Source: Syntrophales bacterium (GTDB lineage: Bacteria; Desulfobacterota; Syntrophia; Syntrophales; UBA6807). Taken from it: 64,000 nt of DNA. Below the pieces are notes generated by a model, which was not told where the DNA came from, did not search any database, and worked only from the letters and a program-made list of their open reading frames with translations. Positions 11,787-21,527 of the stretch are shown one piece after another. The DNA is taken from NCBI GenBank assembly GCA_040767195.1, contig JAXGPA010000001.1:928419-992418 (forward strand), in the 5' to 3' direction. Made by a program: the position numbers and the translations under genes. Each line of letters starts with the position of its first letter. Position 1 is the stretch's first letter.

Positions 11787-12878
11787 TTATTCCCTCAACG
11801 GCATGACCAGGGACTTGTAACTCTTGTCTTCTTTCCCGGAAATAACGCCCGGCCGGTCTCCCTCTCGTATGTCCCCCACGACATTCTCTTCGTCCACCCC
11901 TTCGACGGCGTCGATGAGGTAACGGACATTGTAAGTGACCGAAAATTCCCCGCCGTCATAATCGATGTCTATCTCCTCGTTCGCCTCCCCCACATCGGGA
12001 TTCGTCGAGTGAAGTTCGAGCTTTCCAGGGCTCACTTTCAGTATGACCCCCGTGAAATCCTCATTGGAAACGACGTTCATCCGCTTGAGCGAAGCAATTA
12101 TTATATCTCTTTTCAGGATAATTTTCATCCCCTCGTCAACGGGAAAAACCCTCTCGTAATCCGGATATTCGGCATTGATCAGATGAATCCTGAGGTAACT
12201 TTTTTCATGGCGGAAAAAACAGGCCCTTTCGCGAATTCCCATTTCCAGGACCCCCTCGCGACCTTCCACGAAACGACGGACTTCCGCCACGGCCCTGCGG
12301 GGCATGATAACCCCATCTATGGCGACCCCTTCCGGCGCTTCCTTTTCGACCATGGACAGCCTGTTCCCATCGGTGGACACCATGCGTATCCGACCATCCC
12401 GCGTGTGAAGAAAGGCGCCGCAGAGATAAGGCCTCAATTCGTCTGTTCCGATGGTGGCAAAGGTCTTTCGAATCATTCCCGAGAGCATCGATGATTCCAG
12501 CGCAAAGTCTGGTTCTTCCTCGACCAGCACGGTGGGGAACTGGTCCGCATCGAGTCCCGGCAGGCGATACATGACCTTTCCACAGATCACGTCTACCCGG
12601 TTGTTCTCCGGTCTACGAATCACGACCTCCCGACCTTCCCCCTCTCGAACCATTTCGTATATTTTACGAGCATTTACAAGAACAGTTCCCGCCGTTTCGA
12701 CCTTAGCGGGATAGCTGGCAACCAGCCCGATTTCCCTGTCCGTCGCTGTGATCCGGATTTCATCATCCCCGGATTCCAGCAAAAGATTGTTCAAAATGTC
12801 CAGTCCGGCTTTTCCCACAATGGAGAGCGTCCGTTGAATCCCTTCAAGAAAAACATTTCTTTCCACAGTCAGTTCCAT
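11787..12878 (-). CDS. dnaN: DNA polymerase III beta sliding clamp
   Basis: 363 aa with three-domain clamp length and pattern. Sits in the conserved dnaA-dnaN-gyrB context. Confidence 0.93.
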   Translation of the reverse strand: MELTVERNVFLEGIQRTLSIVGKAGLDILNNLLLESGDDEIRITATDREIGLVASYPAKVETAGTVLVNARKIYEMVREGEGREVVIRRPENNRVDVICGKVMYRLPGLDADQFPTVLVEEEPDFALESSMLSGMIRKTFATIGTDELRPYLCGAFLHTRDGRIRMVSTDGNRLSMVEKEAPEGVAIDGVIMPRRAVAEVRRFVEGREGVLEMGIRERACFFRHEKSYLRIHLINAEYPDYERVFPVDEGMKIILKRDIIIASLKRMNVVSNEDFTGVILKVSPGKLELHSTNPDVGEANEEIDIDYDGGEFSVTYNVRYLIDAVEGVDEENVVGDIREGDRPGVISGKEDKSYKSLVMPLRE

Positions 12879-13002
12879 CGTTATTCCTTCCCTTATATTT
12901 TATATTCTTTAAGTAGTATTTATAGGGCTTGGTAATCTGTGGATAGCCTGTTTTTTTCTTTTAATAACGGTTTCTTGTTCTCTTTGGCGTCTGTGGATGA
13001 AA
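12879..13002. other. Candidate oriC sub-region in the dnaA-dnaN spacer: AT-rich DUE candidate plus two DnaA boxes
   Basis: A 33-nt AT-rich tract spans 12893-12925 and includes the tandem 7-mers TTATATT-TTATATT (12893-12906). TGTGGATAG at 12938-12946 and TGTGGATGA at 12992-13000 each differ by one mismatch from the TTATCCACA reverse complement. Confidence 0.55.
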
Positions 13003-14358
13003 TCAGGGGCGCCCCTTGAGGATTTCCTGGATGTCAGCGATAATTTTTTCCGTTTTCGGGTCGTTTTGTGACAGCTTCTGAATTTTGCGAAAAGCGTAGA
13101 TGACCGTGGAGTGATCCTTACCCCCGATACGGTTCCCGATGTCCGGAAAGGAAGCATCGGTAAGGGTTCTGGACAGGTACATGGCGATCTGTCTCGGGAC
13201 GGCCAGGTTCTTGCTTTTCTTTCGGGACTTGATATCGGGAATCTTAAGGCCGAAATAGTCGGCGGTGGCCTTGACGATCTCCTCGATGTCGTATGGCCGC
13301 CTTTCTTCCTGCTTGATCAGTTTTCTGAGGACGGAGTGGGCAAGTTCCATGTCGATTTCTTTGCCTGTCAGGGATGAGTAAGCCATGAGTCCCGTGAGAA
13401 AACCCTCCAGTTCCCGTATATTGGAGTCCGGAGCATGGGTCGCGATGTATCGGGAGACATTCTCCGGAAGGTGGAGATTGTTTTCCTGTGCCTTTTTTTC
13501 GATGATGGCGATCCGGGTTTCGATTTCGGGAGGCTGTATATCCGCAATGAGGCCCCATTCAAAGCGGGACCGCAGTCTTTCCTCGAGGTTCTGAATGTCC
13601 TTGGGAAAGCGGTCGCTGGTTACGACAATCTGCTTTCCCGAGTCATGGAGGGAGTTGAAGGTGTGGAAAAATTCCTCCTGGGTTCTTTCCTTGCCGGCAA
13701 TGAACTGGATGTCGTCTATGAGGAGGGAGTCTATTTTCCTGTACTTATCTCGAAATTTCGTCATGCGGTCGTAGCGGATTGAGTAAATCAGCTCGTTCAT
13801 GAATTCTTCCGCCGACAGGTACAGAACGGTTTTTTCGGGGTAGAGGTTCAGTGTCTGAAGACCAACAGCATTGAGAAGGTGTGTCTTTCCAAGCCCTACG
13901 CCGCCGTAAATAAAAAGGGGGTTGTATATCCTGGCCGGTTGCTTGGCTACGGCGACCGACGCCGCATGGGCGAACTGGTTGCAGGAACCGACAACGAACC
14001 GGTCGAAACTGTAATTGATGTTGAGACGGGGAGACAGTTTTTGACCGGAGGCGAACGACGGTACCCTGTCGTCTTTTTCCGTTTTTCGGGTTCGTTTAAT
14101 TTCTCCCTGAGACTCTTGGGAGGCCCCAACGACAAGGCGGATTTCCACCTCCGTCCCCAGGGCCGTCGACAGGGCTTCCCGGATACTCTGCAGGTAGTTT
14201 TCCTCGATCCAATCCCTGAAAAAACGATTTGGAACGGACAGTTCAATCGCCTTTCCACTCATTCCGAGAATCCGGATGGGCTGGATCCAGGTTTCAAAAA
14301 GCTGGATATTTATTTTGCCCCGCAGGGATTCCAGTGCTTTTTTCCAGGCCGATTCCAT
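13003..14358 (-). CDS. dnaA: Chromosomal replication initiator DnaA
   Basis: 451 aa. AAA+ Walker A GGVGLGKTHLL, box VII/sensor motifs, and the C-terminal DNA-binding helix region (DHSTVIYA). Confidence 0.97.
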   Translation of the reverse strand: MESAWKKALESLRGKINIQLFETWIQPIRILGMSGKAIELSVPNRFFRDWIEENYLQSIREALSTALGTEVEIRLVVGASQESQGEIKRTRKTEKDDRVPSFASGQKLSPRLNINYSFDRFVVGSCNQFAHAASVAVAKQPARIYNPLFIYGGVGLGKTHLLNAVGLQTLNLYPEKTVLYLSAEEFMNELIYSIRYDRMTKFRDKYRKIDSLLIDDIQFIAGKERTQEEFFHTFNSLHDSGKQIVVTSDRFPKDIQNLEERLRSRFEWGLIADIQPPEIETRIAIIEKKAQENNLHLPENVSRYIATHAPDSNIRELEGFLTGLMAYSSLTGKEIDMELAHSVLRKLIKQEERRPYDIEEIVKATADYFGLKIPDIKSRKKSKNLAVPRQIAMYLSRTLTDASFPDIGNRIGGKDHSTVIYAFRKIQKLSQNDPKTEKIIADIQEILKGRP

Positions 14359-14361
14359 GTT

Positions 14362-14393
14362 TTATTCACAGTTTTATCCACAACTGTGGATCA
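14362..14393. promoter_or_regulatory. Cluster of three DnaA boxes in the 47-bp parB-dnaA spacer
   Basis: TTATTCACA at 14362-14370 has one mismatch. TTATCCACA at 14374-14382 is perfect. TGTGGATCA at 14385-14393 is inverted with one mismatch. The last two form an inverted pair. Confidence 0.7.
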
Positions 14394-14405
14394 AATGGCA
14401 TTGTT

Positions 14406-15263
14406 TTATTTTCCTTCCAGCATTTCATCAAGAAGACGCCGGAGGTCGTCATCATTGTGAAAGCGTATCTCGATCCGTCCCCCTTTGCGTTTTCCCGGCT
14501 TTATGCGGACGCGGGTCATGAGCTTTCTGGAGAGCGTCGTTTCCATATCGCTGATGTAGGGGTGAACCACGTTCTTTTTTTCGGGTGATTTTTTCTCTTT
14601 CTCAAATTTGCGGACCAGGGCTTCCGTCTGGCGTACGTTCAGGTTTTTGGAGAGAATTTCACGAAAAGCACGTGTCTGCTCCTTTTCCGAGGGAAGCACG
14701 AGAAGGGCCCGCCCGTGGCCGGCGGAGATCTCTTTTTTGACGAGGCCGTCCCGAATTGGGGCGGGGAGCTTGAGAAGCCTCAGGAAATTGGAGACGGTGG
14801 ACCGATCTTTGCCGACCCGGGCGGCGATTTCTTCATGGGAAAGGTGGAACGTGTCGTGAAGGGTCCGATACCCCTGCGCTTCTTCTACCGGGTTCAGATC
14901 TTCTCTCTGAAGATTTTCTATCAGGGTGATCTCCGCCGTCTGTCGGTCATCCACGTCCCGGATTACCACGGGGACCGTTTTCAGACCCGCCGCCTGGGCG
15001 GCCCGCCACCGACGCTCACCGGCGATGATTTCGTAGCCCCGATTCTGCCGTCTCACCAGAATGGGCTGGAGAACGCCGGAATCCCGAATCGACGAAGCCA
15101 GGCGGGCCTGCTCCTCCGCGTCGTAGTGCCTCCTGGGCTGAAAGCGGTTGGGCTTCAGGTCCTCAATGGCACACAAGTGAAACTGGCCGCCCTTTTCCGT
15201 GTGATCCAGAAGGTCGGAAAAAATCGCCCCCAGACCGCGTCCAAGGGATTCCTTCTTCGCCAT
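14406..15263 (-). CDS. parB: Chromosome partitioning protein ParB
   Basis: 285 aa. ParB box GERRWRAA, an HTH region, and a position directly downstream of parA. Confidence 0.94.
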   Translation of the reverse strand: MAKKESLGRGLGAIFSDLLDHTEKGGQFHLCAIEDLKPNRFQPRRHYDAEEQARLASSIRDSGVLQPILVRRQNRGYEIIAGERRWRAAQAAGLKTVPVVIRDVDDRQTAEITLIENLQREDLNPVEEAQGYRTLHDTFHLSHEEIAARVGKDRSTVSNFLRLLKLPAPIRDGLVKKEISAGHGRALLVLPSEKEQTRAFREILSKNLNVRQTEALVRKFEKEKKSPEKKNVVHPYISDMETTLSRKLMTRVRIKPGKRKGGRIEIRFHNDDDLRRLLDEMLEGK

Positions 15264-16037
15264 CTAAGCCCTCCCGTTGTTCAAGATTTCCCTGGCCAGT
15301 TCGAAATATGCCACGGCGCCGCGGGACGTGAGATCGTAAAGCAAAACAGGCAACCCATGGCTCGGGCTTTCGGAAAGACGGACATTACGAGGGATTACCG
15401 TCTGAAAAACCTGTTTCCCGAAATATTTTCGAACTTCCTCTTCCACCCGATGGGAAAGGCGGTTTCTCGTATCGAACATGGTCAGAAGGATCCCGCCGAT
15501 GGCCAGCTCCGGATTCAGGCGGCCCTGGACCAGTCGAACGGTGTTCATCAGCTGACTCAGCCCCTCCATGGCGAAGTACTCGCACTGGAGCGGGATGATG
15601 AGGAAATCGGAGGCCACGAGTGCGTTGATCGTGAGAAAGCCGAGGGACGGCGGGCAGTCGATGATAATGAAATCATATTCCTCCGAAAGCTGGGACAGGA
15701 GGCCCTTCATCCTGCGTTCCCGATCGGGCAGGCGGACGAATTCTACCTCTACGCCGATAAGGTCCTGGTTCGCGGGAACCACGGAAAGGGCCGGCAGGGG
15801 GGAGGGATGAAGGGTATCCGAGAGTGGAATTTTACCGATCAGGGCCTGATAAAGGTTCTTTTTCTGTACCTGGGAGCGGTCGATGCCCACGCCGCTGGAC
15901 GTGTTGCCTTGCGGATCGCTGTCGATAAGGAGCGTCTTTTTTTCCGCGGCGGCGAGAGACGCGGCAAGATTGATCGCCGTGGTGGTTTTACCCACACCGC
16001 CCTTCTGGTTGGCAATCGCAAATATTTTTTTTCTCAT
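15264..16037 (-). CDS. parA: Chromosome partitioning ATPase ParA/Soj
   Basis: Deviant Walker A NQKGGVGKTT. ATG 16037 gives the usual MRKKIFAIANQKGG N-terminus. The track's longest version begins at GTG 16073. Confidence 0.93.
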   Translation of the reverse strand: MRKKIFAIANQKGGVGKTTTAINLAASLAAAEKKTLLIDSDPQGNTSSGVGIDRSQVQKKNLYQALIGKIPLSDTLHPSPLPALSVVPANQDLIGVEVEFVRLPDRERRMKGLLSQLSEEYDFIIIDCPPSLGFLTINALVASDFLIIPLQCEYFAMEGLSQLMNTVRLVQGRLNPELAIGGILLTMFDTRNRLSHRVEEEVRKYFGKQVFQTVIPRNVRLSESPSHGLPVLLYDLTSRGAVAYFELAREILNNGRA

Positions 16038-16117
16038 ATTTTTCAGGATGTTGATCGTGACAGCCGGGATCACGAAAGGTAAGCGAAGATTAGCATAAAA
16101 TATCTTTTTTTAGAAGA

Positions 16118-16873
16118 TCAAAGTTCAAGGTCCGGCTTCTCCCCTCCAGCCCCCCGGAAAACGAGAAGATGCCGTTCTTCCTGGGAAAAGGGAAGAGAAA
16201 GGGTGACCTGTCTCACCAGGGCAAGGTTTTTTTCGAAAACGGTTTTTTCGGCGTTTTCGATTTCTTCCCGGACCGATCGGCCCTTCATGGCGATAATGGC
16301 GCCCGTCTCCTTGACAAAGGAACTGGAACGCTCGAGGAAGCGGGCCAGGGGAAAGACCGCCCTGGAAACAACGACGTCAAAGGCGTTCCTGTGGATGCCC
16401 CGGGAAATCCAGTCTTCGATCCGGGCCTGCTCCGCCACGATTCCGTCAAGGCTGAAATGACGGATCATTTCCTTGAGAAAGGACTGTTTTTTTCGGGAGG
16501 AGTCTACGAGAACGACGTAAGCGTCAGGTCTGACCATTTTCAGGGGAATTCCCGGGAGACCCGCCCCGGTCCCCATGTCGAGCAGGGCAAACGGCTTCCG
16601 GGGCAGAAGGGGGAGGACGGTCAGGGAATCGAGAAAATGGCGGACGGCGAGATCCCCTATCGTGTCCGCCGAGACAAGATTGACCGATCGGTTCCAGAAG
16701 AGTATTTCCTGCCCGTAGCCACGGAGCATCTCCACGGTCTTTTTTTCCATGGTCAGACCTAGCGACGAGGCTCCCTCCATGAGGAGCGCCTCGAAGGAAC
16801 GTTTCAAATCTTGACTTTCCGGCATGATCCCATTATGCACTTTTCTTACGCCGTCGTGAGCGTTTTCGTTCAT
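16118..16873 (-). CDS. rsmG: 16S rRNA (guanine527-N7)-methyltransferase RsmG/GidB
   Basis: SAM-binding DMGTGAGLPGIPL and conserved context upstream of parAB. The start is uncertain (alternative ATG at 16825). Confidence 0.88.
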   Translation of the reverse strand: MNENAHDGVRKVHNGIMPESQDLKRSFEALLMEGASSLGLTMEKKTVEMLRGYGQEILFWNRSVNLVSADTIGDLAVRHFLDSLTVLPLLPRKPFALLDMGTGAGLPGIPLKMVRPDAYVVLVDSSRKKQSFLKEMIRHFSLDGIVAEQARIEDWISRGIHRNAFDVVVSRAVFPLARFLERSSSFVKETGAIIAMKGRSVREEIENAEKTVFEKNLALVRQVTLSLPFSQEERHLLVFRGAGGEKPDLEL

Positions 16874-16917
16874 TATCAGAATAACGTTTTTTACAGACCC
16901 CCAGCGGGTTTATTACC

Positions 16918-17667
16918 ATGGTGAAGAATTCAAGGGCAAGGCTCGAAAACATCAGCATCGTTCTGAACAGGCCGAAGTACGGTGGGAATATCGGTTCCGC
17001 CGCCCGGTGCGCCATGAACATGGGCATCGAAAAACTCATCGTGGTGGGCCATCCGGAGCCCGACAGCGAAGCCATGAAACAGATGGCCACCCATGTGGCG
17101 GCTCCCGTGGTGGACGGAATCCGCTATTTCGACGCCCTTTCGGAAGCCCTCGGGGCGTTTCGCTATGTTGTGGGAACGACGGCCCGGAGGGGACACTCGA
17201 CCCTCCGGAGCGTCATGGTGGAGCCCCGGGAGATGGGGAGGACGGTGGCGGAACTCTCCATGAACAACGAAATCGCCCTTCTCTTCGGTCCCGAGGACCG
17301 GGGCCTGACGAACGAGGAGCTTCGGCACTGCCATCTCCTGGTTTCCATTCCCGCCTCCGATCGTTTTCGCTCCCTCAACCTCTCCCATGCCGTCATGATC
17401 CTCTGCTACGAGATCTTCAGCGCCTCATTGCCCCGATTGGCGTCCTTCACCCCCCGGCTCGCCACGTCGGGCGAACTGGAAGACATGTACGCCCACCTGA
17501 AAGACACCCTCCTGGCGATCGATTTCATCCGGGAAGACAACCCGGAATACGGGATGATCGCCCTCCGCCGGTTTCTCTCCCGGGTCCGTCTTTATTCCAA
17601 GGATGTCAAGATCATCCGGGGCATCTGCCGGCAGCTCGGGTGGTTCGCCGGGAAACAAAAGTCTTGA
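16918..17667 (+). CDS. SpoU/TrmH-family RNA 2'-O-methyltransferase (TrmJ-like)
   Basis: 249 aa. SPOUT motifs (NIGSAARCAMNMG, LLFGPEDRGL, IPASDRFRSLNLSHAV). Confidence 0.85.
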   Translation: MVKNSRARLENISIVLNRPKYGGNIGSAARCAMNMGIEKLIVVGHPEPDSEAMKQMATHVAAPVVDGIRYFDALSEALGAFRYVVGTTARRGHSTLRSVMVEPREMGRTVAELSMNNEIALLFGPEDRGLTNEELRHCHLLVSIPASDRFRSLNLSHAVMILCYEIFSASLPRLASFTPRLATSGELEDMYAHLKDTLLAIDFIREDNPEYGMIALRRFLSRVRLYSKDVKIIRGICRQLGWFAGKQKS

Positions 17668-17692
17668 CATTCCCCCGGTGCGGCCATAATAA
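17664..17692 (+). promoter_or_regulatory. Sigma70-type promoter candidate for glnA
   Basis: TTGACA (17664-17669), a 17-nt spacer, then TAATAA (17687-17692), about 50 nt upstream of the glnA ATG. Confidence 0.5.
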
Positions 17693-17742
17693 AGACAGTT
17701 TAAATAACAGGGTTTTTCCCTGATGACCGTTCAGGAGGTTTC

Positions 17743-19071
17743 ATGGACAAAGTCACCGCAGAGCAGGTATTGCGGACAGTCAAGGAAAAAAATATCCATT
17801 TCATCCAGTTCTGGTTTACCGATGTCCTGGGCATGCTGAAGAGCTTTTCCGTGTCGCCGTCGGAACTGGAAACGGCCCTCCAGGAAGGCATGGGGTTCGA
17901 CGGATCCTCCATCGAGGGGTTTGCCAGGATCGAGGAAAGCGACATGATCGCCATGCCCGACCCCGCCACTTTCACCGTCATTCCCTGGCTGGATCAGAAC
18001 GGGTCGGTCGCCCGGGTCTTCTGCGACATCGTCAATCCCGACCTGACCCCCTATGACGGGGACCCCCGGTACGCCCTCAAGAAAATGATCAAGCGGGCCG
18101 CGGACAAGGGATACACATTTTTCGTCGGTCCCGAGCTGGAGTATTTTTATTTCACGGGCAACCAGTCTCCGGAGATCCTGGACCGGGGCGGCTACTTCGA
18201 CATGTCTCCTTCCGACCTGGGCGGGGACATCCGCCGGGCCACGGTGAAAACGCTGCAGCAGATGGGAATCACCGTGGAATACAGCCACCACGAGGTAGCC
18301 CAGAGCCAGCATGAAATCGACCTCCGGTACGGTGACGCCCTCAAGATGGCCGACACGGTCATGACCTCCCGCATCACCGTCAAGGAAATAGCCGGTAAAT
18401 TTGGCATGTACGCCACCTTCATGCCGAAACCCATTCTGGGACAGAACGGGAGCGGCATGCACGTCCACCAGTCCCTTTTCCGGGGGGAAAACAACGCCAT
18501 GTACGATCCCTCCGATGCCTTTCATCTTTCCGACATGGCGAAGCACTACATCGCCGGCCTCCTCAAGCACGCCCGGGAAATCACCGCCGTGACGAGCCAG
18601 TGGGTCAATTCCTACAAGAGGCTCGTCCCGGGTTACGAGGCGCCGGTCTACATTTCTTGGGCCCGGCGGAACCGGTCCACCCTGGTCCGGGTACCCATGT
18701 ACAAGCCGGGTAAGGAAAAGGCCACGAGAATCGAGTACCGGAGCCCGGACCCGTCGTGCAATCCCTACCTGACCTTCGCGGTCATGCTTGCCGCCGGCCT
18801 GGAGGGGATCGAGAAAAAATATCCCCTGCCGGCGCCGGTGGAAGAGGACATTTACACCATGCCGCCGGAAAAGCGGAAAAAGAAAAAGATTTACGACCTG
18901 CCTGGTAGCCTTGTCGAGGCCGTCCAGGAAGTGGAAAAAAGCCGGGTTGTCCGGGACGCCCTGGGAGAGCATATATTCAAGAAATTCATCGAGAACAAGC
19001 GGGTGGAATGGGATCTTTACCGGATGCACGTCTCCCGGTTTGAAATCGACAAATACCTTCCGATCCTGTGA
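17743..19071 (+). CDS. glnA: Glutamine synthetase type I
   Basis: 442 aa. GS beta-grasp N-domain and catalytic-domain motifs (FDGSSIEGF, KPILGQNGSGMHVHQSL, NPYL). Confidence 0.95.
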   Translation: MDKVTAEQVLRTVKEKNIHFIQFWFTDVLGMLKSFSVSPSELETALQEGMGFDGSSIEGFARIEESDMIAMPDPATFTVIPWLDQNGSVARVFCDIVNPDLTPYDGDPRYALKKMIKRAADKGYTFFVGPELEYFYFTGNQSPEILDRGGYFDMSPSDLGGDIRRATVKTLQQMGITVEYSHHEVAQSQHEIDLRYGDALKMADTVMTSRITVKEIAGKFGMYATFMPKPILGQNGSGMHVHQSLFRGENNAMYDPSDAFHLSDMAKHYIAGLLKHAREITAVTSQWVNSYKRLVPGYEAPVYISWARRNRSTLVRVPMYKPGKEKATRIEYRSPDPSCNPYLTFAVMLAAGLEGIEKKYPLPAPVEEDIYTMPPEKRKKKKIYDLPGSLVEAVQEVEKSRVVRDALGEHIFKKFIENKRVEWDLYRMHVSRFEIDKYLPIL

Positions 19072-19102
19072 CATTGCCTGCTCAGGCGGGAAAGGAACCC
19101 AT

Positions 19103-20260
19103 ATGGAAACCCTGTTTACCTATACAGGCGCGAAAAAGATTGTTTTCGGGAGGGGGGCACTGGACCGCCTCCCCGAATTCACGGCCGAACTGAACGGAAA
19201 AAAACCGCTTGTCGTCATGGACGGTTCCCTGGCCCGGTCGGGATTGTCGCGGCGGGTGTCCCTTCTTCTGGAGGGGGCGGGCGCCGCGCCGGTTCTTTAT
19301 GATGCCATCGAGGGAGAGCCGGAACTGGAAAAGGCCGATGAAGGGGCCCGGATCGCCTTGGAGAACCGGTGCGATGTCGTGGTGGGAATCGGCGGCGGCA
19401 GCGCCATGGACGCGGCGAAGGCCATGGCGGCGGTGGCGGGAAATGGTGCCCGGGCGGTGGATTTTCTCGGGTTGAACCGTATCCCGGGGCCCGGTCTTCC
19501 GACGGTCATGATTCCCACGACAGCGGGAACGGGCAGCGAGGTGACCTTCACCGCTGTCTTCATCCGGAAAGACCTGAAGAAAAAGGAAGGCATGAACAGC
19601 CCCTATCTCTATCCCCAGGTCGCCCTTCTCGATCCCCTGCTCACGCTGGGCCTTCCGTCCATGCCCACGGCGACGACAGGCATGGACGCCCTGTGTCATG
19701 CCATCGAGTCCTACACGTCGGTGAACGCCAGTCCCATGAGTGCCCTCGTGTCCCTGGAAGCCATCCGGCTCATCGGCGCGAACCTTCGGACGGCCGTTCA
19801 CGACGGTGGCAACCTGGCCGCCCGGGAGGCCATGCTCCTGGGAAGCCTGTACGCCGGCCTCGGGCTGGCCAACGCCGGCGTGACCGCCGTCCACTCCCTC
19901 TCCTATCCCCTGGGTGGCCGCTTCGGCGTCCCGCACGGCTTGGCCAACACGGTGCTCCTGCCCGCGGTCATGGAATACAACATCCCCGGGGCCCTGGAAA
20001 AGTTCACCCGGGTTGCCGAAGCCCTGGGTGAAGAGACAAGCGGTCTGCCCCTGCGGGAGGCCGCCTGGCTCGCCGTGGAGGCCGTCTCGGGGCTCATCCG
20101 CGACTGTGCCGTTCCCATGGGGCTGGAAGGGTTGGGGGTCAAGGAAGAAGACTTCCCCTCGCTGGCGGAAGTCGCCATGACGGTGGCGCGACCCCTGGCG
20201 AACAATCCTTGTAAAGTGACAGCCAGGGATGCCGTCAACATTTACCGCCAGGCCTTTTGA
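19103..20260 (+). CDS. Iron-containing (class III) alcohol dehydrogenase family protein; KdnB-like by context
   Basis: METLFTYTGAKKIVFGRGAL..., GGGSAMDAAK, and metal-binding His-rich segments (HAIESY, HSLSYPLG). The internal ATG 19103 has an upstream GGAAAGGA. The track ORF 18788 overlaps the glnA 3' end. Confidence 0.85.
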   Translation: METLFTYTGAKKIVFGRGALDRLPEFTAELNGKKPLVVMDGSLARSGLSRRVSLLLEGAGAAPVLYDAIEGEPELEKADEGARIALENRCDVVVGIGGGSAMDAAKAMAAVAGNGARAVDFLGLNRIPGPGLPTVMIPTTAGTGSEVTFTAVFIRKDLKKKEGMNSPYLYPQVALLDPLLTLGLPSMPTATTGMDALCHAIESYTSVNASPMSALVSLEAIRLIGANLRTAVHDGGNLAAREAMLLGSLYAGLGLANAGVTAVHSLSYPLGGRFGVPHGLANTVLLPAVMEYNIPGALEKFTRVAEALGEETSGLPLREAAWLAVEAVSGLIRDCAVPMGLEGLGVKEEDFPSLAEVAMTVARPLANNPCKVTARDAVNIYRQAF

Positions 20261-20314
20261 GAGGATGATGACGAAGGCCTGAAAAGAAAGAAATGGGAAA
20301 GGGAAGGAAAGACC

Positions 20315-21517
20315 ATGCCGGGTTTTGAACTGATCGGTCAGGAAGAGAAGAAGGAAGTTCTCGACATTCTCGAAACGGGCATCTGGATGCGCTACGGGTT
20401 CGACCAGGAAAGGAGGGGGGTCTTCAAGGTCAGGGAACTCGAGGAGGCTTTTTGCCGGTACCACGGCGTCTCTCACGCCCTGGGCGTCACCTCGGGCTCG
20501 GCGGCCCTGAAGGTGGCTCTCGAGGCCCTCGATGTGGGCCCGGGGGACGAGGTCATCGTTCCGGCCTTCACGTTCGTGGCCACCTACGAGGCCGTTCTCG
20601 AAGTCGGGGCCATCCCCGTCATGGCCGATGTCGATGACTCGCTCAACCTGAGTTCCGAAGACATCCCGGCGAAAATAACGGACCGGACGAAGGCGGTCAT
20701 TCCCGTCCACATGTGCGGGGCCGGCGCCCGGATCGACGGAATCCTGGAAGCGGCCCGAAACCACGGGCTTCTCGTTCTTGAAGACAACGCCCAGAGTCTC
20801 GGCGGGGCCTTCCGGGGCCGGAAGCTCGGTACCTTCGGGGACATGGCCACCTTCAGCTTCGATTTCTACAAGACGATCACCACCGGGGAGGGTGGCATGG
20901 TTCTCACGAATCGGAGAGACCTCTATGAACGGGCGGACGGTTATCACGACCACGGCCACGACCACAACCCGGCGGTGAGCCGTGCCCTGGAAGGACGTTC
21001 CATCCTGGGGTTCAACTACCGGATGAACGAGTTCCAGGGGGCCGTGGGTCTCGCCCAGTTCCGGAAACTCGACACCATTGTCTCCCGTCAGCGGGAGAAC
21101 AAGGCGTTTCTCAAGGAGCGGCTGGGCGGGGTTTCCGGCGTCACCTTCCGGCACCTTCCCGATCCCGAAGGTGACACGGCCACGTTTCTGGGCTTACATC
21201 TTCCCGACGGCCCGTCGGCGAAAGCCTTCCAGGCAGCCCTGAGGGAGGAAGGGATCGACTCGATCTATTACAAGGAAAATTTGTGGCATTACGCCCCGAA
21301 CTGGGAGCACCTCATCGCCTGGTCAACGGCGAACTCGAAGAAGTTCCCCTTTATCAACACCCTGAACCCGAGGAAGGCGACCTATGATCGGGAGGCCATT
21401 CCCCACGCCGAGGCGCTTCTGGCGCGCACCCTTTTCATGGCCGTTCCCGTGATCCTGCCGGACGAGCGAAAGGACGCCCTGGCCCGGGGAATCGAGAAGG
21501 CGGCAAAAAAAGGATAG
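20315..21517 (+). CDS. DegT/DnrJ/EryC1/StrS-family PLP-dependent sugar aminotransferase; KdnA-like by context
   Basis: 400 aa. SGSAALKVAL, DEVIVPAFTFVAT, and the PLP-lysine motif FSFDFYKTITTGEGG. Confidence 0.85.
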   Translation: MPGFELIGQEEKKEVLDILETGIWMRYGFDQERRGVFKVRELEEAFCRYHGVSHALGVTSGSAALKVALEALDVGPGDEVIVPAFTFVATYEAVLEVGAIPVMADVDDSLNLSSEDIPAKITDRTKAVIPVHMCGAGARIDGILEAARNHGLLVLEDNAQSLGGAFRGRKLGTFGDMATFSFDFYKTITTGEGGMVLTNRRDLYERADGYHDHGHDHNPAVSRALEGRSILGFNYRMNEFQGAVGLAQFRKLDTIVSRQRENKAFLKERLGGVSGVTFRHLPDPEGDTATFLGLHLPDGPSAKAFQAALREEGIDSIYYKENLWHYAPNWEHLIAWSTANSKKFPFINTLNPRKATYDREAIPHAEALLARTLFMAVPVILPDERKDALARGIEKAAKKG

Positions 21518-21527
21518 GAGTCCGGTC

